Assembly (NCBI GenBank): GCA_963665095.1
Contig: OY762069.1
Span: 5,888,001 to 5,952,000 of the forward strand
Length of the DNA stretch: 64,000 nt
Origin: an uncultured Desulfobacter sp.
Lineage (GTDB): Bacteria > Desulfobacterota > Desulfobacteria > Desulfobacterales > Desulfobacteraceae
Direction: 5' to 3'
Below, in pieces: positions 59,872 to 64,000 of this stretch. Position 1 is the first letter of the stretch. Every line of letters begins with the position of its first letter. The translations under genes were made by a program, and so were the position numbers. The notes beneath the pieces are model-generated. The model saw only the letters and a list, made by a program, of their open reading frames with translations, ran no database searches and had not been told where the DNA came from.

Positions 59872-62085
59872 CTATCCTACAAGCGGTTCCATGGTAAGGG
59901 CCGGATGCCCTTTCTCTTCGAGCCATGGATAGATCTCTTCTTCAGTGATACCGACGGTTTCATCGGCAATCTTGTCCCAAAGATCAGGTACACCCATGTC
60001 GGCACCGCGTTTTTCTATTTTCTCTTTCAGTTCTTCTTTGAGCATCTTAGGCATCCAGACCATTCTCAAAAGACCGCCGTCACCAAGGATGAATTTACCC
60101 TGGGTAATGTTGTGTTTGGAGTGGCCCACAAATCCCGGAGAAGAAGCACCGCCGCCCATAACACCGGCCAGCGTGGTGAACTTCATACCGCAGGGAGTCT
60201 CTCCGCCGTAATCACGGCCAACGGTCATCACCCCGTTACACATTGGCAGCATGGCAGCGATACACTCGCAGCAGCCGCAGGTGGTCATGGGATCATGAAC
60301 CATGGAGTAGAAGTTGTAGCGTTCAATGGCGCCTCTGGACGCTTTTTTAACAAACTCGTTCGCACCGGAGAACTCACCGAGTTTGGCATTGATCACTTCA
60401 CCCTTTTGAATGGGCTGGTTGGGGCCCGTTGGGTTGATCTCGTACGCTGCCTTGCAGTCCATCCAGTTGTAAGCGCCGCAAAGGCCTGTTCTTTCCGGGG
60501 ATACGGAGCATACATGGGAGGGAGCAAAAGACTGACACAGAGTGCAGGAGTAGAAGATATCCACATCCTCATCCCTCATGTTGTCAACACGTTCGTCACG
60601 CATCTTGTACTCAGCCCGGGCACGTTCGGTGATCTTTTCCACGTCTTCAGGTTTGGTGTAAAGTGTGACCTGAACCTTGTCCACAATCTTGGTGAAATCC
60701 TGGTGGAATTTGGCATGGAGCACAACACCGATATGTCTCAGAGAAAAGCCTTTTTCCATGGCCGTTTTGGATACGCGGATCCAGGAGATATCACGCTGTC
60801 CAATGTGCATAATGGACTGGATATAGTTGGTCAGATGATGGATCTGACGTTCCATGATGGGCTCAAAGTCCTCCTGGAATTCACGTCCGGCAATCTGAAC
60901 GAAAATGCCAAGGGGGAAGGTTTCGCCTTCTTTAAGATCGGTGACATCCGGGCCGATGATCTCAACCTTGCCGTCTTCGATCTCATTCATTTCAGCGCGT
61001 TTTACAAGCTCTGTACACTGGGTCTTGCCACCGCCGCACTGGCAGTGGAGATCAGCACCGCGAACACGTTCACCCTCGTAAGCCGGACCAAAAGCCATGG
61101 GGATGTCGATTTCCGTTACGGAAACTTTCAAGCCACGGACTTCAACCGATCTTTGTACCATTTCGCTGTGGGCAACCGGTGCCACAACGTGCTCGTAGGT
61201 ACAGATACCGGTTGGCAGAATCTCAGGAATGGGCGTATCTGCGATGGTGGGGAAACCCCAGTTTACGCAGCCGGCTGCTGCCACACCCCATTCAGTGCCC
61301 ACATCGCCAAGGGCGTTAACAAATGCAAATACACGCTCTTTGTTGTAGGTCAGGATCTTTTTGTAGTCGCCAGGCTGAACACCACCGAAGGCCATGGCGG
61401 CACGGTTGGCAAACCCAAGGGCAAATACAGCTGAGGAGATATCCGGACCAAAGGGAACAATACGGGTGTTCCAGCCAATCTGCATGCCGGCTTCATGGCA
61501 CTGCTCAATCAAGGTCTTCCCATTGTGGTTGGCTGCGCAGAAAATATACAGAGATTTTTTCTGGTAGTCTTCCACGATCATTTTAGCGGTTTCCACATCA
61601 GGCGCTGCACCAACCATGGCGGCAAAACCAGGGGCTGAACCGTCAACGAACTCAACACCACGTTTACGCAGAATGGTATCATCAGCAGCACCCACCCACC
61701 ATTTACCGTTTTCAATGTCCGGATCTTCAGTGGTGACGTAGAAATCAGGATCATTCAGGTAACGGATCGCCTCTTTTACCTCATAGGCGATAATACCGGC
61801 CATACCAGCGTCCAGAAGAGGACCAAGGTACGGAAGCCAGTGTTTCAGCTTAAGATGGGGCGGAAGAAGCCCGCGGGCAAATTCCATGGGTTTTTTCAGA
61901 TCTTCCAGGGTTTCACATTTCAACCCTGTCAGAGAGTAAATAACCGGCAGGTAGTATGCAGTGTTGGGGAATCCTATTTTAGTGCTGGCATCGTAGGTCT
62001 GCAGTGCTTTTTCAAGTTCACCTTCAACCTGTGACACTACTTTATATCCACCCTGAATGGCAGCAAATGCGATTAATTTAGACAT
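59872..62085 (-). CDS. acsB: Acetyl-CoA synthase
   Basis: FPNTAYYLP, YSCTLCQSFAPSHVC, ERTGLCGA, PMTTCGCCEC. Confidence 0.96.
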   Translation of the reverse strand: MSKLIAFAAIQGGYKVVSQVEGELEKALQTYDASTKIGFPNTAYYLPVIYSLTGLKCETLEDLKKPMEFARGLLPPHLKLKHWLPYLGPLLDAGMAGIIAYEVKEAIRYLNDPDFYVTTEDPDIENGKWWVGAADDTILRKRGVEFVDGSAPGFAAMVGAAPDVETAKMIVEDYQKKSLYIFCAANHNGKTLIEQCHEAGMQIGWNTRIVPFGPDISSAVFALGFANRAAMAFGGVQPGDYKKILTYNKERVFAFVNALGDVGTEWGVAAAGCVNWGFPTIADTPIPEILPTGICTYEHVVAPVAHSEMVQRSVEVRGLKVSVTEIDIPMAFGPAYEGERVRGADLHCQCGGGKTQCTELVKRAEMNEIEDGKVEIIGPDVTDLKEGETFPLGIFVQIAGREFQEDFEPIMERQIHHLTNYIQSIMHIGQRDISWIRVSKTAMEKGFSLRHIGVVLHAKFHQDFTKIVDKVQVTLYTKPEDVEKITERARAEYKMRDERVDNMRDEDVDIFYSCTLCQSFAPSHVCSVSPERTGLCGAYNWMDCKAAYEINPTGPNQPIQKGEVINAKLGEFSGANEFVKKASRGAIERYNFYSMVHDPMTTCGCCECIAAMLPMCNGVMTVGRDYGGETPCGMKFTTLAGVMGGGASSPGFVGHSKHNITQGKFILGDGGLLRMVWMPKMLKEELKEKIEKRGADMGVPDLWDKIADETVGITEEEIYPWLEEKGHPALTMEPLVG

Positions 62086-62153
62086 ATGTACTTTCCTCCT
62101 TCGTTGAGGATATTAGTTATTATTCTGTTCAATCTGTTTATTTCGCTATCCTC

Positions 62154-64000
62154 TTAGCCTTCAAGCGCCTGGCGGTCAGCCATATCCATGAGAACACGTT
62201 CGCGGGCCTTGTCGATGCCCAGCTCTTTTCTCTTTTTATCAATGTGGGCGATCATCAGCGCGGCGTGTTTCACAGGATCGGTTTCAAGATCCCATTTGCC
62301 GCCGTACAGTTTTTCCATTTCCTTGGAAATGTAGTCATGGAAAACCGGTGCGCCGGAAGTGGGCAGGGTCACGCCGAATACGGTGTAAACACCGGAAGCA
62401 ACAAAGTAATGTCCAATGGAGATTGCTTTTTCACTCATCCATTCGGGTGCGGAGCCTGCTGCGGGCAGATCACAGATGTCGTTGCCCAGGCCGCCGGCTT
62501 TGACAACTTCTGTTGCTGCCAGCAGGATTCTGGAGTTATCAACGCAGGAACCAAGGTGGAGTACCGGTGGGATACCTACGGTTTCACATACCTCAGCCAG
62601 TCCGGGGCCACAGTATACCTGGGCGGATTCCGGTGTCAGAAGTCCTTCCATGGCGCAGGCAATGGCATTACAGCCGGTGGTCAGTACAATAACGTCGTTT
62701 TTAATCAACTCTTTGACAACCGTGGTGTGGGCTTCATTGTGCTTTGTTCTGGCGTTGTTACAGCCAACTACGCCGCCAATGCCGCGGATACGGCCGTTGA
62801 TGATGTTGTCGTTCAGGGTATAGTAAGAGCCGCGGAAAGAACCACCGAGATGGTACTGGATGGATTCCACGCCAAAGCCGGCAATCTGGGTGGCTTTGTA
62901 AGGCGGAATCATCACATCGGGACCGCGGTTTTCAAAGTTGTCAATGGCCATTTTTACGATGCGTTTGGCATCTTCCAGGGCATGATGTTCGTCAAATTCA
63001 ATGTGAATGACGTTGTCCTGTTCCATTTTTGCGATGGGGTGGGTGGTGATCAGTTTGGTGTGGAAGCACTTGGCAACATTGGCCAGGTTCTGCATGATAC
63101 ACTGAATATCTACAACCATGGCGTCACAGGCACCGGTGATGATGGCCATTTCCTGCTGCAGGAAGGTGGCGGCTGTAGGGATGCCGTGGCGCTGGAGAAT
63201 TTCATTGGCTGTACAGCAGATACCGCCTAACTGGATACCTTTTGCGCCTTTTTCCTTGGCGTAATCAAGCATTTCCTGGGACTGGGCCACTGCCACGATA
63301 ATTTCAGACAGTACAGGCTCATGACCATGAACGATCAGGTTGACATGGTCTTCCTTCATGATACCCAGGTTGGCTTCGGACTGAACCGGATAAGGCGTTC
63401 CAAACAGAACATCCTGGAGGTCGGTGGCGAGCATGGAGCCGCCCCAGCCATCGCCAAGCGCTGCACGGGTGCCCTGTTTCATCAGGTTTTTGTAATCCTG
63501 GTCAACGCCCATGTGGGTTCTATGCATAATCTCAACGATCTCCCGGTCAATGTTTCTGGGAAGAACGCCGGTTTTTTTCCATTTTTCATACAGCGGGGCG
63601 GGTGCCCTTTTCATATAAAGAACTTCGCCTTCGGGTTTACCCCATTCCTGGATGGCTACTTCAGCGACTTCCAGGGCGATTTCATCAATATCTCTTTGTT
63701 TGGTTTCACCATCTTCTTCAACAGTGATGTCAACACCTAAGCACGGTGCAATCTGAAGAAGTTTCAGGGTATCTTTAATCTGGTAAGCATCGGTCTCTTT
63801 ACGGGCAGCAGAGAGGAATACTTCTGCCACGCAACGGCCATGGTCGGAGTGAGCAGATGCGCCGCCGGCGATCATACGGATAAAGTTTCTGGCGGCAATG
63901 GTATTCGCGGTGGCACCGCAAAGGCCTTTTCTGGTATCTTCGCCTTCGATCCCTGCTTTGGGAAGGGGCAGGCGGCATGGGCCCATGGAGCAGTTTTTAC
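62154..64000 (-). CDS. acsA: Anaerobic CO dehydrogenase catalytic subunit (5' end outside window)
   Basis: CSMGPCR, AHSDHGR, HGHEP, ICCTANE, GSCVDNSR, PEWMSEKA. Confidence 0.96.
   Translation of the reverse strand, partial: KNCSMGPCRLPLPKAGIEGEDTRKGLCGATANTIAARNFIRMIAGGASAHSDHGRCVAEVFLSAARKETDAYQIKDTLKLLQIAPCLGVDITVEEDGETKQRDIDEIALEVAEVAIQEWGKPEGEVLYMKRAPAPLYEKWKKTGVLPRNIDREIVEIMHRTHMGVDQDYKNLMKQGTRAALGDGWGGSMLATDLQDVLFGTPYPVQSEANLGIMKEDHVNLIVHGHEPVLSEIIVAVAQSQEMLDYAKEKGAKGIQLGGICCTANEILQRHGIPTAATFLQQEMAIITGACDAMVVDIQCIMQNLANVAKCFHTKLITTHPIAKMEQDNVIHIEFDEHHALEDAKRIVKMAIDNFENRGPDVMIPPYKATQIAGFGVESIQYHLGGSFRGSYYTLNDNIINGRIRGIGGVVGCNNARTKHNEAHTTVVKELIKNDVIVLTTGCNAIACAMEGLLTPESAQVYCGPGLAEVCETVGIPPVLHLGSCVDNSRILLAATEVVKAGGLGNDICDLPAAGSAPEWMSEKAISIGHYFVASGVYTVFGVTLPTSGAPVFHDYISKEMEKLYGGKWDLETDPVKHAALMIAHIDKKRKELGIDKARERVLMDMADRQALEG

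Noticed and set aside
59905..63230. Long plus-strand ORFs (509 aa, 328 aa), and similar ones such as 44690-45499
   Set aside because: Antisense shadows of clearly identified genes; no motifs of their own
1..64000. CRISPR array, tRNA or rRNA genes
   Set aside because: No regularly spaced repeat-spacer pattern, cloverleaf or rRNA signature seen by eye

Overview
Chromosomal window, most likely from a sulfate-reducing Desulfobacteraceae-like deltaproteobacterium. This is inferred from the acsA-acsB-acsC-acsE order, the RACo activators and an MvhD-fused lactate module. The left ~38 kb is accessory DNA. (i) 1-4.7 kb is an AT-rich hotspot: a transposon end cutting a 7TM-DISM gene, a DUF6883/DUF4926 toxin-immunity-like pair between 174-bp direct repeats, and a translationally coupled ASCH / unknown membrane-anchored protein / GNAT operon, the best candidate for an undescribed (defence?) system. 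(ii) A tripartite RND pump follows. (iii) A ~20-kb block between near-identical 228-bp direct repeats holds two convergent TonB-receptor/AraC/YbtPQ-like ABC metallophore-uptake modules without biosynthesis genes, a three-copy hairpin element, a duplicated frameshifted MFS gene and IS debris. (iv) A TetR-linked CoA ligase/crotonase/amino-acid permease operon closes the accessory part. The right ~26 kb is mostly core metabolism: thioesterase, lactate racemase, an FAD dehydrogenase with an FeS-MvhD partner, two RACo activators, FTCD, epd, cooC, a truncated IS21 fused to a decayed NuoF/HydB gene, a DMT transporter and acsE, acsC, acsB, acsA (cut by the window edge). I found no tRNA, rRNA or CRISPR array. 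All family calls come from reading motifs by eye; no database search was run.
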